Below are positions 20,365-30,197 of a stretch of DNA of 64,000 nucleotides, piece after piece; position 1 is the stretch's first letter, and each line of letters begins with the position of its first letter. Both the position numbers and the translations under genes were made by a program. Where the stretch lies: NCBI GenBank assembly GCA_013112715.1, contig JABFGB010000024.1, forward strand, positions 16,896 through 80,895. Reading direction: 5' to 3'. Under the pieces are notes generated by a model that worked only from the letters and a program-made list of their open reading frames with translations, was not told the DNA's origin and ran no database searches. The stretch comes from Chloroflexota bacterium (GTDB taxonomy: Bacteria > Chloroflexota > Anaerolineae > Aggregatilineales > J027).

Positions 20365-21213
20365 ATGACTCCAAACGACCCCCACCAAACCACTCTCGAT
20401 TATTTCAATCGCCGCAGCGATTTTTGGCATGATATTTACGAGCGCCCCCAAACCTTTACAGGCTATAGCTTACTTAAACAACATCATACCGTCATGCAAG
20501 TGATTGAGCAGACCCAGACCCCCGGAAGCACGATATTGGATGTGGGATGCGGAACGGGGATTACCGTCCTTGAATTGGCGGCAAAAGGCTATCAGGCCAG
20601 CGGGATTGATTTTGCGCCGAACATGATCGAACGCGCCAAACAAGCTGCTATGGCAAAAGGCGTCGTCGGTGATTTTCAGGTGGCCGCCGCCGAAAATTTG
20701 CCCTATCCCACCCAACATTTTGATATGGTCATCGCGTTGGGATTGGTAGGCAATCTACGTGATGATACAGATTGTCTACGTGAGATACGCCGTGTGCTCA
20801 AACCGGGTGGCGTGCTGTTGTTGACCATGCCAAATGTGTTGGCCCTAGATCGTTGGATCAGCGTGCCGCGTTCTCTGCCGATCATTTTTGGGCATCGTTT
20901 TCGTTCGCAGTTCCGGCGTGTCGGCAATCTGGGGAGGCGCTTGCGAGGCATTGCGCTAAAAGATACTGCCGACCTTCGTTTTGGGAAATCTGCCATCCCC
21001 CATTTCTACAAACGCCATTTGACTCAAGCTGGTTTTCAAAATGTGTCCTATTCGTCCATCACCTTTGGGCCATTTTTCCCATTGGGCTTACGGGTGTGGA
21101 ATGACGCCAAATTGATTATTATGAGTGAGGCGATTTGTAAAAGGGGACTGTTGAAAAAGTGGTTTAATTGGGGTGGGAATATTGTCATTTTTCAGGCGGG
21201 GCTTGCCCCCTGA
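20365..21213 (+). CDS. Class I SAM-dependent methyltransferase
   Basis: Motif I ILDVGCGTGITVLELA. Post-I GIDFAPNMIERA. FDMVIALGLVGNL. LKPGGVLLLTMPN. I prefer the ATG at 20365 because the track start at 20200 overlaps the upstream gene and the terminator. Confidence 0.8.
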   Translation: MTPNDPHQTTLDYFNRRSDFWHDIYERPQTFTGYSLLKQHHTVMQVIEQTQTPGSTILDVGCGTGITVLELAAKGYQASGIDFAPNMIERAKQAAMAKGVVGDFQVAAAENLPYPTQHFDMVIALGLVGNLRDDTDCLREIRRVLKPGGVLLLTMPNVLALDRWISVPRSLPIIFGHRFRSQFRRVGNLGRRLRGIALKDTADLRFGKSAIPHFYKRHLTQAGFQNVSYSSITFGPFFPLGLRVWNDAKLIIMSEAICKRGLLKKWFNWGGNIVIFQAGLAP

Positions 21214-21344
21214 TTGCATCCCCTACCTGCTTCTCGTATAATGTGCCATAACTAAGAGGCAGTTGCCGTAACTATTGATGATAAAGGAGGCAAGCGCCCC
21301 CATCAGTCTGTTCGCATTTGGAGCAGATTATCGGCGCGAAACTT

Positions 21345-22100
21345 ATGAGCTTCAGTGATGTTGCCGCCAAATTGAAAAAATCAGGGGCGCTGGAAAAAGA
21401 AAAGGCCGCCCTCGAACAAAAACCACTGGATTTGGAAGAACTCTATACCCTGCGTGCGCGAATGATGGGGGTGTTGATTCGGGATGCGCGGTTGGCAATG
21501 GGTTATACCATTGAGGAAATCGCCAATCATTTAAATCTACCGGATGAAACAATACTGGCTTGGGAATTTGGGCAGGCTGTTCCCAGTTTGCCCCAACTAG
21601 AATTGGTCGCCTTTCTGCTGCAAGTCCCGGTCAGCCATTTTTGGGGCAGCGATACTTTTATGCAGCAATACGGCAGCCGCCAAATTGACAGCCACGAATA
21701 TAGCATTCTGCGGGATCGCATGATTGGCGCGTTGATTCGATCAGGCCGTCAAGCCAAAAATATTTCTACTGCTGATCTAGCCACCAAACTTGGCATTAAT
21801 GCCGAATTTTTAGAAGCCTATGAGTATGGCACGCTGCCCGTTCCCATGACCCTGTTGGTTTCGATTGCCAGCGCATTGGAGGTCAATGTCAATTATTTCT
21901 TGGAAAGCAGCAGTCGCGTTGGGGAATTTCTGGAAATCCGCGAAGCCCTCAAGACGATTGAGGAAATGCCGGAAGATATTCGGGCGTTTCTCAGTTCGCA
22001 TACGAATCAGCCCTATATCCGACTGGCGATGATTTTTGCCAAACTGCCAGCGGATTCTTTACGGGCATTAGCAGAAAGTATGCTCGATATTACGCTCTAG
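21345..22100 (+). CDS. Protein with two XRE-type helix-turn-helix domains
   Basis: Two HTH_3-like units: MGYTIEEIANHLNLPDETILAWEFGQAVPSLPQLELVAFLLQVP and KNISTADLATKLGINAEFLEAYEYGTLPVPMTLLVSIASALEV. Confidence 0.7.
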   Translation: MSFSDVAAKLKKSGALEKEKAALEQKPLDLEELYTLRARMMGVLIRDARLAMGYTIEEIANHLNLPDETILAWEFGQAVPSLPQLELVAFLLQVPVSHFWGSDTFMQQYGSRQIDSHEYSILRDRMIGALIRSGRQAKNISTADLATKLGINAEFLEAYEYGTLPVPMTLLVSIASALEVNVNYFLESSSRVGEFLEIREALKTIEEMPEDIRAFLSSHTNQPYIRLAMIFAKLPADSLRALAESMLDITL

Positions 22101-22171
22101 TTTTGTTATGTCACTTTTGTAGGGGCAGATCAGTTGCCCTTATTTTTTTGCAACGGAAGGGAAATCACATC

Positions 22172-22819
22172 ATGAGTACAGGCAGCGAACTGCAAAGCAA
22201 GGGCACTCGCTTATTTGAAAAGGGCAAATATCAAGAGGCCACTGGTGTTTTTACTGAGGCGATTGAAGCCTATCGCACTGAGGGCAATGGTCAAATGGCA
22301 GCCGAGATGCAGGTGAATGTCGGCATGTGCAAGCGCGAATTGGAGCAGTACGAGGACGCGCTCAAAGAAATGCAGACCAGTCTGGCCTATTTTGAGGAAC
22401 ATGGCCCGCAAATTCGCAAAGCCCAAACGATGGGTAACATGGCGTTGGCCTATGCCAAACTGGGCGATACCGAACAAGCCCAAACGATGTATCGGGAAGC
22501 GGGTGCGATTTTCCGTGAACTCGGTGAGGATGAACAATATGGTGAAACCATCCTTGCATTGGCAGATATGTATTTCCGCGCTGGCGATTTGATGCTGGCC
22601 GTTTCGACATTTGAAGTCGGCCTCGAATATGTCAAGAACCTCAATCATCGCCAAAAGATGATTAAGCAGTTGGGGATGTTGAAAGCGCGTTTGACGGGTG
22701 AGAAAAAGGCCCAAGAGAGTGTTTCATCCGAAGCGACCACCGACAGCCGTCGTCGTCGCCGAGGGATTAATGCTCGCCGCATTGGTCAAGGCAAGATTGA
22801 GGAAAAACCCGACGAATAA
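22172..22819 (+). CDS. TPR repeat protein with basic C-terminal tail
   Basis: TPR-like units (GKYQEATGVFTEAIEAY, QYEDALKEMQTSLAYF, GDTEQAQTMYREAGAIF). The tail is SRRRRRGINARRIG. I prefer the ATG at 22172. Confidence 0.7.
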   Translation: MSTGSELQSKGTRLFEKGKYQEATGVFTEAIEAYRTEGNGQMAAEMQVNVGMCKRELEQYEDALKEMQTSLAYFEEHGPQIRKAQTMGNMALAYAKLGDTEQAQTMYREAGAIFRELGEDEQYGETILALADMYFRAGDLMLAVSTFEVGLEYVKNLNHRQKMIKQLGMLKARLTGEKKAQESVSSEATTDSRRRRRGINARRIGQGKIEEKPDE

Positions 22820-22826
22820 TTTACTT

Positions 22827-23552
22827 CTAGATTTCTGTCTCAGGTGTGGATGTCAAGTTGATCCCTAATTCACGCCTGAGTTGCTCTTTCCCCACTTCAG
22901 TCAATTGAATGGTTCGACCCTCTGGTACGCGCACAATCCATTTCCACTCGAACAACTTGTTGGCAATAGTTGCTCCGAGTACCCCGGCTAGGTGATAGCG
23001 TCGTTCGCTCCAATCCAAGCAGGGACGGGCTAGTGCGCGGCGGCTTTTATGCAATGTTTCATTCCCAACCCCCCATGTTGGCAGCCACTGAAGCCCTTGC
23101 GAGGTCACTTCAAAATTGTCGTCCTTGCTCTCCAAAATTCCCTGATGCAGCAGCGCCTCAGTGATGGCTACCCCTAATCTACCTGCCAGATGGTCATAAC
23201 AGGTGCGCGCGAAGCGCATGGCTTGTATTTCAGCCGATTTGTGGCGTGATTTTCGCTGTGGTAGCGGAGCAATAATGGCTAATGCTTCAAGGGCGTGACC
23301 CACCTCCGCATTTTTGAGCCGATAATAACGATGTCGGCCTGTTGTTGTCACACTCAATAATCCTCCCTCAATCAGCTTATGAAGATGGCTACTGGCGGTT
23401 TGCGGGGTAATCTGAGCGCGATAGGCTAGTTCGCTGGCGGGAAGGGCTTGTCCTCCCATTAGGGCTGAGAGGATAGCGGCACGGGCAGGCTCTCCGATTA
23501 ATGCCGCGATTGTTGATAAATCAGGTTCAGCGTTCACGGAAATCATCTCCAC
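22827..23552 (-). CDS. ArsR-family winged-helix transcriptional regulator with C-terminal extension
   Basis: IAALIGEPARAAILSALMGGQALPASELAYRAQITPQTASSHLHKLIEGGLLSVTTTGRHRYYRL. Divergent from a flavin reductase gene. Confidence 0.75.
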   Translation of the reverse strand: MEMISVNAEPDLSTIAALIGEPARAAILSALMGGQALPASELAYRAQITPQTASSHLHKLIEGGLLSVTTTGRHRYYRLKNAEVGHALEALAIIAPLPQRKSRHKSAEIQAMRFARTCYDHLAGRLGVAITEALLHQGILESKDDNFEVTSQGLQWLPTWGVGNETLHKSRRALARPCLDWSERRYHLAGVLGATIANKLFEWKWIVRVPEGRTIQLTEVGKEQLRRELGINLTSTPETEI

Positions 23553-23675
23553 ATGCTTCTTCCGGGTATTGTACTGATTATACTACAAACACACTTCGAT
23601 GAAAACCGAAACGTGATTGATTCTAATTGTGCTATTCTGTTGATTGGGTTTGTGGATGAACCAAGAGGAAAGACA

Positions 23676-24272
23676 ATGTTCCAAACAATTGAACCCAAAA
23701 TTCTCTATTTTGGCACTCCGGTGGTATTGATAAGTTCGCTAAACGAGGATGGTACACCTAATCTAGCACCGATGTCCTCAGCATGGGCTTTGGGTTGGAC
23801 GATCATGCTTGGCTTGGGGACAACCGGGAAAACATACGAAAATTTGGCAGAACGCGGCGAGTGTGTGTTGAATTTTCCATCAGATGGCTTGTGGTCGGCG
23901 GTTGAAAGTCTAGCTAGATTAACGGGCAAGACTCCCATTCCACCTGATAAACAAGCTCGGTTTCGTTATGAGCCAGATAAGTTTGGGGCAGCCCATTTAA
24001 CCCCTGTGCCATCCCTCTGTGTCAGACCGCCGCGAGTGATGGAATGCTTGTTGCAAATGGAGGCAGTGGTGCGAAGTATTGCTGTTATAGGCGGGGTACA
24101 TAGCGAAATCGCAGCGGTTGAGGCGGAGGTCTTAAAAGTTCATGCCCATGATGAAATCATCTACAGCCCGAATCATATTGATCCAACCAAATGGCGTCCC
24201 CTGATCTATAATTTTCGCCATTATTTTGGGCTTGGAATGGAGTTGGGCAAGTCGTTTCGCTCGGAGACTTAA
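23676..24272 (+). CDS. Flavin reductase-like FMN-binding (split-barrel) protein
   Basis: GTPVVLISSLNEDGTPNLAPMSSAW is typical of the flavin reductase-like domain. AAGAGGAAAG SD-like sequence upstream of the ATG at 23676. Confidence 0.7.
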   Translation: MFQTIEPKILYFGTPVVLISSLNEDGTPNLAPMSSAWALGWTIMLGLGTTGKTYENLAERGECVLNFPSDGLWSAVESLARLTGKTPIPPDKQARFRYEPDKFGAAHLTPVPSLCVRPPRVMECLLQMEAVVRSIAVIGGVHSEIAAVEAEVLKVHAHDEIIYSPNHIDPTKWRPLIYNFRHYFGLGMELGKSFRSET

Positions 24273-25475
24273 TTACCCGACCAGTTCACTGTATTTATTC
24301 CGCATGGCTACGCTTTCTACCAAGCCAATCCCAAACAGCAGAGTCACCAACGATGACCCGCCGGAACTGACAAGGGGTAGGGTCAACCCTGTCACAGGCA
24401 AAATGGAAAGGTTCATGCCAACGGATACGATCGTTTGGAAGGCGATGATGCCTGCCACACCATAACAGATCAACGCACCGAGAGGGTCACGAGCCATTGC
24501 CGCCACTCGTGCAATTCGCATGACCAAAAAACCGATCAAAAACAAGACGCCGGACGCCCCGACAAAGCCTGATTCTTCGGCAATGACACTAAAAATGAAG
24601 TCAGTGTGACGCACGCGCAAAAAACGACCCTGCGTTTGTGTACCATTGGCATAGCCTTTGCCCAGCAACCCACCTGAACCAATACTAATTAAGGCTTGGT
24701 CGCGGTTAAATTGGGCGTCTTTGTTACCTTCGGGATTCACAAAGGTTAAGATGCGCTCCTTTTGATAATCTTGCATGTTGATCCAGACGACAGGGAGCAT
24801 CATCAGGCCAACCAGTCCGATAATCACAAGATGCGTAATGCGTAGCCCTGCTCCCCAAATCATCGAAAACCAGATCACAGTGAAAGCAATCACGTTGCCA
24901 AGATTGGGCTGCAAGAAAATAAAGGTCATCGGGACAGCGACATAAATCAGAGATACGATCACCGTTTTGAATTGATCTAGTTTTTGGTATTGCTTGGTGA
25001 GGTGCTGACCGAGGGCAATGATAATGAGCATTTTGCCAATTTCAGAAGGCTGCACCGGGATACCCACGTCGAGCCAGCGCTGTGCCCCGGCTGCTCCCAA
25101 TTGACCAACAGCGGCTACCAAACCCAACGCAAACAGCAAAAATCCGTAGATATAGGGCTGTAATGCTCCCAATAGGCGATAGTCGAGGCTGGCAAGAATA
25201 AAAACCACCGCCAACCCAATGAAAGTATAGGTGATTTGGCTGCTGACCCGTCCGATTAAGTCGGTGTCTACTGCGCCGAGGGTCGCACTGCGAATAAACA
25301 AAATACCGATCAATACCAGCAGCATGGTTGCACCCAATAGCCAATAGTCGAAATTGCGCCACAATGAAGTCGCTTGGGATTGTGTGCGGGGTAGGGTGCG
25401 GGAGGCTGACCGATAAGTGGATGTCATTGAATCTTCCTCTAAAACCGACGGCATTGCGTAGGGTAGCGTGTGCAA
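24273..25475 (-). CDS. rodA: FtsW/RodA/SpoVE-family peptidoglycan polymerase (probably RodA)
   Basis: About ten hydrophobic segments. QPSEIGKMLIIIAL, HTDFIFSVIAEESGFVGA, GMNLSILPVTGLTLPLVSSGGSSL. Located downstream of minCDE. The true start may be the internal M at 25427. Confidence 0.8.
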   Translation of the reverse strand: MHTLPYAMPSVLEEDSMTSTYRSASRTLPRTQSQATSLWRNFDYWLLGATMLLVLIGILFIRSATLGAVDTDLIGRVSSQITYTFIGLAVVFILASLDYRLLGALQPYIYGFLLFALGLVAAVGQLGAAGAQRWLDVGIPVQPSEIGKMLIIIALGQHLTKQYQKLDQFKTVIVSLIYVAVPMTFIFLQPNLGNVIAFTVIWFSMIWGAGLRITHLVIIGLVGLMMLPVVWINMQDYQKERILTFVNPEGNKDAQFNRDQALISIGSGGLLGKGYANGTQTQGRFLRVRHTDFIFSVIAEESGFVGASGVLFLIGFLVMRIARVAAMARDPLGALICYGVAGIIAFQTIVSVGMNLSILPVTGLTLPLVSSGGSSLVTLLFGIGLVESVAMRNKYSELVG

Positions 25476-25512
25476 CAGGGTGTGTCAAGCATTATCTTGC
25501 ACGGTCTACCAC

Positions 25513-25869
25513 CTATTCGCTGTCCTCCTCCTCTTCCTCCAGCTTGGAACTGGAATTTGACGTTTGCAGCGAAAAGGCAATCCGTCCGGGTTCTTCGTGT
25601 GGCTGCTCTACCGATTTGGCAAGGGGGATGTCCGCGACCAAATAGTTTTCCCGTTCACGCAGTTCCAATTTCATTTCCACCGCGCTTTCATCAATACGGC
25701 AGTATTTTTTGATGACCTCAATGATTTCGGCTTGCATTTCGCGCAGTTTTTCGGGGGAGAGTTGGCTGCGATCTGTGACCAAGACAAAACGCAGGCGTTC
25801 CATTGCGGTTTTGGCGCTGCGTTGGTCTTTCCGACTGAAAAAACGGTCTACAATGTTACTCATCGTCAT
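25513..25869 (-). CDS. minE: Cell division topological specificity factor MinE with acidic C-terminal extension
   Basis: FFSRKDQRSAKTAMERLRFVLVTDR...LREMQAEIIEVIKKY. Immediately downstream of minD. The C-terminus ends in SKLEEEEEDSE. Confidence 0.85.
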   Translation of the reverse strand: MTMSNIVDRFFSRKDQRSAKTAMERLRFVLVTDRSQLSPEKLREMQAEIIEVIKKYCRIDESAVEMKLELRERENYLVADIPLAKSVEQPHEEPGRIAFSLQTSNSSSKLEEEEEDSE

Positions 25870-25875
25870 CTCCTT

Positions 25876-26664
25876 CTACCCGCCTCCAAACAGCTTGCGG
25901 AAGCGCTCGAGAACACCCCCGTTGCTATCCAGATTCATGAAAGGAACTTTTTCGCCCATCAAGCGACGTGCGATGTCTTCAAAGGCTTGTTTGGGGCGAC
26001 CTGTGGCGGCGACGCCTTCATTACTGCTTTTGATAATAATCTCATCATCAGGAACCACACCGATGAGTTTGATTGAAAGCAGGCTCACCACATCTTCTAC
26101 CGAGAGCATATCGCCCCGACGTACCATCCCCAACTTAATACGATTGACGATGAGGCGTACAGGCACAGGTCTCTCTTCGGCTTCTAACAATCCGATGATG
26201 CGGTCGGCATCCCGTACCGCCGACACTTCTGGATTAGTGACGACCAATACTTCATCGGCTGGCGCAACCGCATTTTTGAAGCCCCACTCAATTCCGGCAG
26301 GGCTGTCAATCAATACAAAGTCATGGGCGTGTTTCAGTTCATTGGCGACGGTAATCATGTCTTGGGGAGAAATAGCGGTTTTGTCGCGCACCTGTGAGGC
26401 TGGAATAAGCGCCAGTGCGGGATAATCTTTGTGTTTGACCATCGCTTGTTTAAGTTTGCAGCGACCTTCGACCACATCCACCAGATCATAGACAATGCGA
26501 TTTTCGAGGCCCATCATCAAGTCGAGGTTGCGCAGTCCTATATCCGCGTCAATAGCGACAACCCTTTGTTCCAGCGAGGCTAATGACATCGCTAGGTTGG
26601 CAGTGGTAGTGGTTTTGCCTACGCCACCCTTGCCCGATGTAATTGTGATAACCCGTCCACTCAT
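25876..26664 (-). CDS. minD: Septum site-determining ATPase MinD
   Basis: Deviant Walker A ITSGKGGVGKTTTTANLA, DADIGLRNLD, FVLIDSPAGIE, and a C-terminal amphipathic tail LERFRKLFGGG. I prefer the ATG at 26664. Confidence 0.92.
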   Translation of the reverse strand: MSGRVITITSGKGGVGKTTTTANLAMSLASLEQRVVAIDADIGLRNLDLMMGLENRIVYDLVDVVEGRCKLKQAMVKHKDYPALALIPASQVRDKTAISPQDMITVANELKHAHDFVLIDSPAGIEWGFKNAVAPADEVLVVTNPEVSAVRDADRIIGLLEAEERPVPVRLIVNRIKLGMVRRGDMLSVEDVVSLLSIKLIGVVPDDEIIIKSSNEGVAATGRPKQAFEDIARRLMGEKVPFMNLDSNGGVLERFRKLFGGG

Positions 26665-26689
26665 CGTGACATACTCCAAGCGATAATCG

Positions 26690-27406
26690 CTAATCCGTCC
26701 AAGGTTCGGCTCGAATCATACCGTCATCAATATAGGCCCGTTCAGGATGTTTGCGTCGTTTTTTGCTAGGTGGTGAGACACTAATTAGCGCACCAATACG
26801 CAGTTGCGTCGGTTGCAAATCTAAGGCACACACCACACAGGTTTCATCGCCATAGGCCCCGGCATGAACAACGCCGCGTAGTCGGCCCCATACCACGATA
26901 TCCCCACCTGCTACAATTTCAGAACCAGCGTTGACATCTCCCAAGACGACGACATGGCCGTTATGCTGCACAGACTGACCACTTCGCAACGTGCGGCGGA
27001 TTAAGAGGCCTTCGGTTCCATGCACATCCGACTTTAGCAGCGGGGCTTCGTGCGGAGACTCAGTTATTTTGAGGGCATCGGGTACATGCGAGGTGGTCGT
27101 CGGTGGATCAACCAATTCAATCGCAAGGCCCAATTTGCGAGCCGCTCCTTGTGTGGTGGCGCTGGTACTGAGCACGGAAATTAAATTGACATCCCGTTTT
27201 TGTAGGATATTGAGTAGATTAGCCAGTTCGTGTCGCCGGACTGCCCGCTTATCCACATCCAAGGCCAAACTAGCCCCTTTGAAAAAAGCGGCCTGTTGGT
27301 CAATCCGTATGGCAAGGTCAGCAATCACTTTCGCCCATTCATCATCGGGTGGAATCGTGACGAGTAAGCCTTGTCGAATCCCTTTGAACTGAATAGCCCC
27401 CGACAT
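26690..27406 (-). CDS. minC: Septum site-determining protein MinC
   Basis: C-terminal beta-helix region RSGQSVQHNGHVVVLGDVNAGSEIVAGGDIVVWGRLRGVVHAG. Position upstream of minD. Confidence 0.85.
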   Translation of the reverse strand: MSGAIQFKGIRQGLLVTIPPDDEWAKVIADLAIRIDQQAAFFKGASLALDVDKRAVRRHELANLLNILQKRDVNLISVLSTSATTQGAARKLGLAIELVDPPTTTSHVPDALKITESPHEAPLLKSDVHGTEGLLIRRTLRSGQSVQHNGHVVVLGDVNAGSEIVAGGDIVVWGRLRGVVHAGAYGDETCVVCALDLQPTQLRIGALISVSPPSKKRRKHPERAYIDDGMIRAEPWTD

Positions 27407-27474
27407 AAAATGTAATCTACTCCAAAAATGTACTTTGCATTATCGGTTATTGTACGGAAGGTGGGACATTCGCG

Positions 27475-28146
27475 CTACTTATTTGACCAGACTCGTGTTT
27501 TGTCCCATGTAACGCCGCTCAATGAATCTGGCCCACCTTGTATCCACACTCCCCAAAGTATCACCTGATCTGGCGGTACATACGGCAAATCCCACATCCA
27601 CTCTCGATTCAAGCGCAGAGTCAGCTGGTTACGGGATGGTAAAAAATCGAGGCGGATGGTGTTGGTCGCCCCACGCTGATGGATAAATCGGAAAGGTTTC
27701 CAGTAAGTCAAGATTTGTTGGGTGGGTTCGGCTAGGGGAGGGCAGCTATCGAGACGGGGAATCATAGTTTGTAGGCACTGGCGGGCCGTGACATATCCAG
27801 CACCATTAATGCCGATCATTGTCCATGTGCCGTTGTTATTTGCCAGCGCGATGCCCCATGCTGTAAATGGGTCGGCGGCTTGGTTGATTTGCGCTGAAAC
27901 TTCAAGGGTGAAGGACGCATTTTTTAGCAGAGACGGGGCATCATAAAATAGGGTATCAGCGGGAAGAATGATCTGCTCATCACTACCACCTGCCCATAAA
28001 AACTCATCATCCGTCCATTGGAGTGATCCTTGATACGCTGGATTGGCAGCCCCCTGTGACAATCGCCATGCCAGCAGACCAAACCCGACCAGAGTTGCCA
28101 TTGTCATTATCACCAGCAACCAGAAAAAACGTGGAGAGGGTTTCAT
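27475..28146 (-). CDS. Membrane-anchored hypothetical protein (223 aa)
   Basis: Single N-terminal TM segment (FFWLLVIMTMATLVGFGLLAW). No recognised domain. Lies upstream of minC on the same strand. Confidence 0.55.
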   Translation of the reverse strand: MKPSPRFFWLLVIMTMATLVGFGLLAWRLSQGAANPAYQGSLQWTDDEFLWAGGSDEQIILPADTLFYDAPSLLKNASFTLEVSAQINQAADPFTAWGIALANNNGTWTMIGINGAGYVTARQCLQTMIPRLDSCPPLAEPTQQILTYWKPFRFIHQRGATNTIRLDFLPSRNQLTLRLNREWMWDLPYVPPDQVILWGVWIQGGPDSLSGVTWDKTRVWSNK

Positions 28147-28258
28147 AGGCCGTCAGCATTACGAACGGCAAACGACGTAATTGGAGTAGGTTTGCACCCA
28201 ATGCGCGTGTTATAATGCGCCAATATCATTTATCTTTCCAACTGATGAGGGTTTTCCC

Positions 28259-29125
28259 TTGCGGACACGCACTTATACTCTTTTAGTCCTCACTATTTTA
28301 GCATTGTCGGTTGTACCTTTGCCCGCCAGCCGTGCCCAAACGACCACCTTTGATATTTGCGTCCGCGATTTTAATGATGCCAATCAAAATGGGCAATGGG
28401 AGGAAGGTGAGCAACCATTTCCCGGTATCGGGGTGCTGGTTCGTCAAGAGGGCACGGTTATTGGGGCGCTGACGACTACCACCGATGAAGATTGTATCCG
28501 TAGTCTGCCCCCCGGTGTCTATCAGTTATCGGTTGAAGGCGGCGGGACACCCTATCAGATAACGACTGCTGAATCAATGGATGTCACCTTAGCCGATCAA
28601 TCTATTACGGTTGATATCGGCGCAATTGTTCCCCCGAACGCAACCCCCGTGCGGAGCGGGCCGGGGAACGATGTCTGTATTGTCGTTTATCAGGATGGCG
28701 GACAGGTGGGCGTGCGTGAGGAAGGCGAAAACCTTGTGTCGGGGGTGGATGTTAACTTATTAACTTCAGATGTCGTGATCCAGACATTAGTCACCACCGC
28801 AGAAGGCCCCCAGTGTTTTAGTGGCTTACCTGCTGGCGAATTTCGGATTGTGGTGCCACCATCCCCTAATCATTTGCTGACGACCCGCAATGATGCTGGG
28901 GTGAGCTTTTTGGACACGGGCAACCGCATCACGGCCAATTTTGGCGCACAGATGATAGATCCCCTTGCCGATGGCCTGACCCGTTCAAGTGTTGAGGAGA
29001 CCGAGGGCGAATTAATCCTCGATCAAGATACCCGCTTGCTGCTTTCGATTGCAGGGGCAGCAGTGGCAATGCTGTTTATGGTGGGGGTTGGGGCGATTGT
29101 TATGAGCATGATGCGTCGTAAATAA
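28259..29125 (+). CDS. Secreted protein with two SdrD-B/Cna-B-like repeats and a C-terminal TM anchor
   Basis: Signal peptide (LLVLTILALSVVPLPASRAQ). Repeat with a D-x-N-x-N-G-x-x-E calcium-type motif (RDFNDANQNGQWEEGEQPFPGIGVLV), repeated as VYQDGGQVGVREEGENLVSGVDVNL. TTG start. Confidence 0.6.
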   Translation: MRTRTYTLLVLTILALSVVPLPASRAQTTTFDICVRDFNDANQNGQWEEGEQPFPGIGVLVRQEGTVIGALTTTTDEDCIRSLPPGVYQLSVEGGGTPYQITTAESMDVTLADQSITVDIGAIVPPNATPVRSGPGNDVCIVVYQDGGQVGVREEGENLVSGVDVNLLTSDVVIQTLVTTAEGPQCFSGLPAGEFRIVVPPSPNHLLTTRNDAGVSFLDTGNRITANFGAQMIDPLADGLTRSSVEETEGELILDQDTRLLLSIAGAAVAMLFMVGVGAIVMSMMRRK

Positions 29126-29130
29126 ATCTC

Positions 29131-30021
29131 CTAACGACGACGCATGAGGGTATCGCGCAGGGCTGCTTGCAGTCGCCCAATATCTGTTCCGTAGTCGGTC
29201 AAGTATTGGCGTAGGCGGGGTTCCAGCGTCATCGCCAATAAAATATGCTCTGTTCCCGTGTAGTGCGACCCCAAAGCCTCAGCCCGATCTACCGCCCGAT
29301 CAATCAAATGGTCGAGCATGGCTTCGGCCTCCATTGACTGCGCAGGGAGGTGTGGAACATCTTGTGCCAACTGCGATATATCGAAACTACATTGGGGGAG
29401 CAGACGATACGCCACGCTGCGTCGTTCACGGGTGAGGGCCAAGAGTAAATGCGCTGGACTGACCGAATACTGCTCATTTGATTTGGCTAATTGCTCGGCA
29501 GCATTCAAGACACGACGACCCAATTCGCTGAGTTTTGCCATGCGCCGGGCCGACTCAATTGTGATTTCCGAAAGGCCCTCTTGCAAAAAGCGTTTGGCCT
29601 TGCCACGAAGTTGGTCAGGCGAGAGGTCAAGCCCGCGCCATAACGTGCCCACTTCACCACCGCCACTGCGCAACAAACCCAATAAGATATGCTCGGTGCC
29701 GATATAATGATGGTCAAGCCATTTGGATTCGGCGACGGCATAAATGAGTGCTTCGCGCCATGCTCCAGAGAAGGGTAGACGTTCTGATACGGTCTCGTAG
29801 GATGGGTGGAGTTGGTGGATGGTCTCTTCAACCCACGAACGCTCAATGTCCAACTCCGCCAGTATCTGATAGCCCAGACTGCCCTCTGTACGTAGGATCC
29901 CACCAAAAAGATGATCGGTATCTACTTCGGCATGTTTAAATTCGCGGGCCAACCAATGACTGTAGGCCAACGAACGGCGGGCATGTTGACTATAACGGCT
30001 GTACTGGGGATTTGAGGCCAT
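29131..30021 (-). CDS. Clp N-terminal (Clp R) repeat domain protein
   Basis: Repeated Clp_N signatures: DTDHLFGGILR, GTEHILLGLLR, SPAHLLLALTR, GTEHILLAMTL. No AAA+ module. Confidence 0.75.
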   Translation of the reverse strand: MASNPQYSRYSQHARRSLAYSHWLAREFKHAEVDTDHLFGGILRTEGSLGYQILAELDIERSWVEETIHQLHPSYETVSERLPFSGAWREALIYAVAESKWLDHHYIGTEHILLGLLRSGGGEVGTLWRGLDLSPDQLRGKAKRFLQEGLSEITIESARRMAKLSELGRRVLNAAEQLAKSNEQYSVSPAHLLLALTRERRSVAYRLLPQCSFDISQLAQDVPHLPAQSMEAEAMLDHLIDRAVDRAEALGSHYTGTEHILLAMTLEPRLRQYLTDYGTDIGRLQAALRDTLMRRR

Positions 30022-30197
30022 TGACTTCTATTCGTCCACTTTACGATGGTTTCTATTATACAAAATCGCGGGGGAATGACTAATCTGAGAAGAGAAGAAA
30101 ATTTCCTGCTCTAGGGAATGTGCAAAGGCTGTCTGGTTATCGGCAGCCTTTTTTAGGGTAGAGCTTAACTGGCGGGCAGACAGGATGTAAAGTTGAT

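Noticed and set aside
25564-26425. Plus-strand ORFs of 170 and 238 aa.
   Set aside because: They are antisense to the unambiguous minE and minD genes.
30125-30165. Hairpin AAAGGCTG...CAGCCTTT followed by TTTT on the plus strand.
   Set aside because: No plus-strand gene ends upstream of it. On the minus strand, where the ABC operon ends, it lacks a T-tract. It may act as a bidirectional terminator, but the support is too weak to list.
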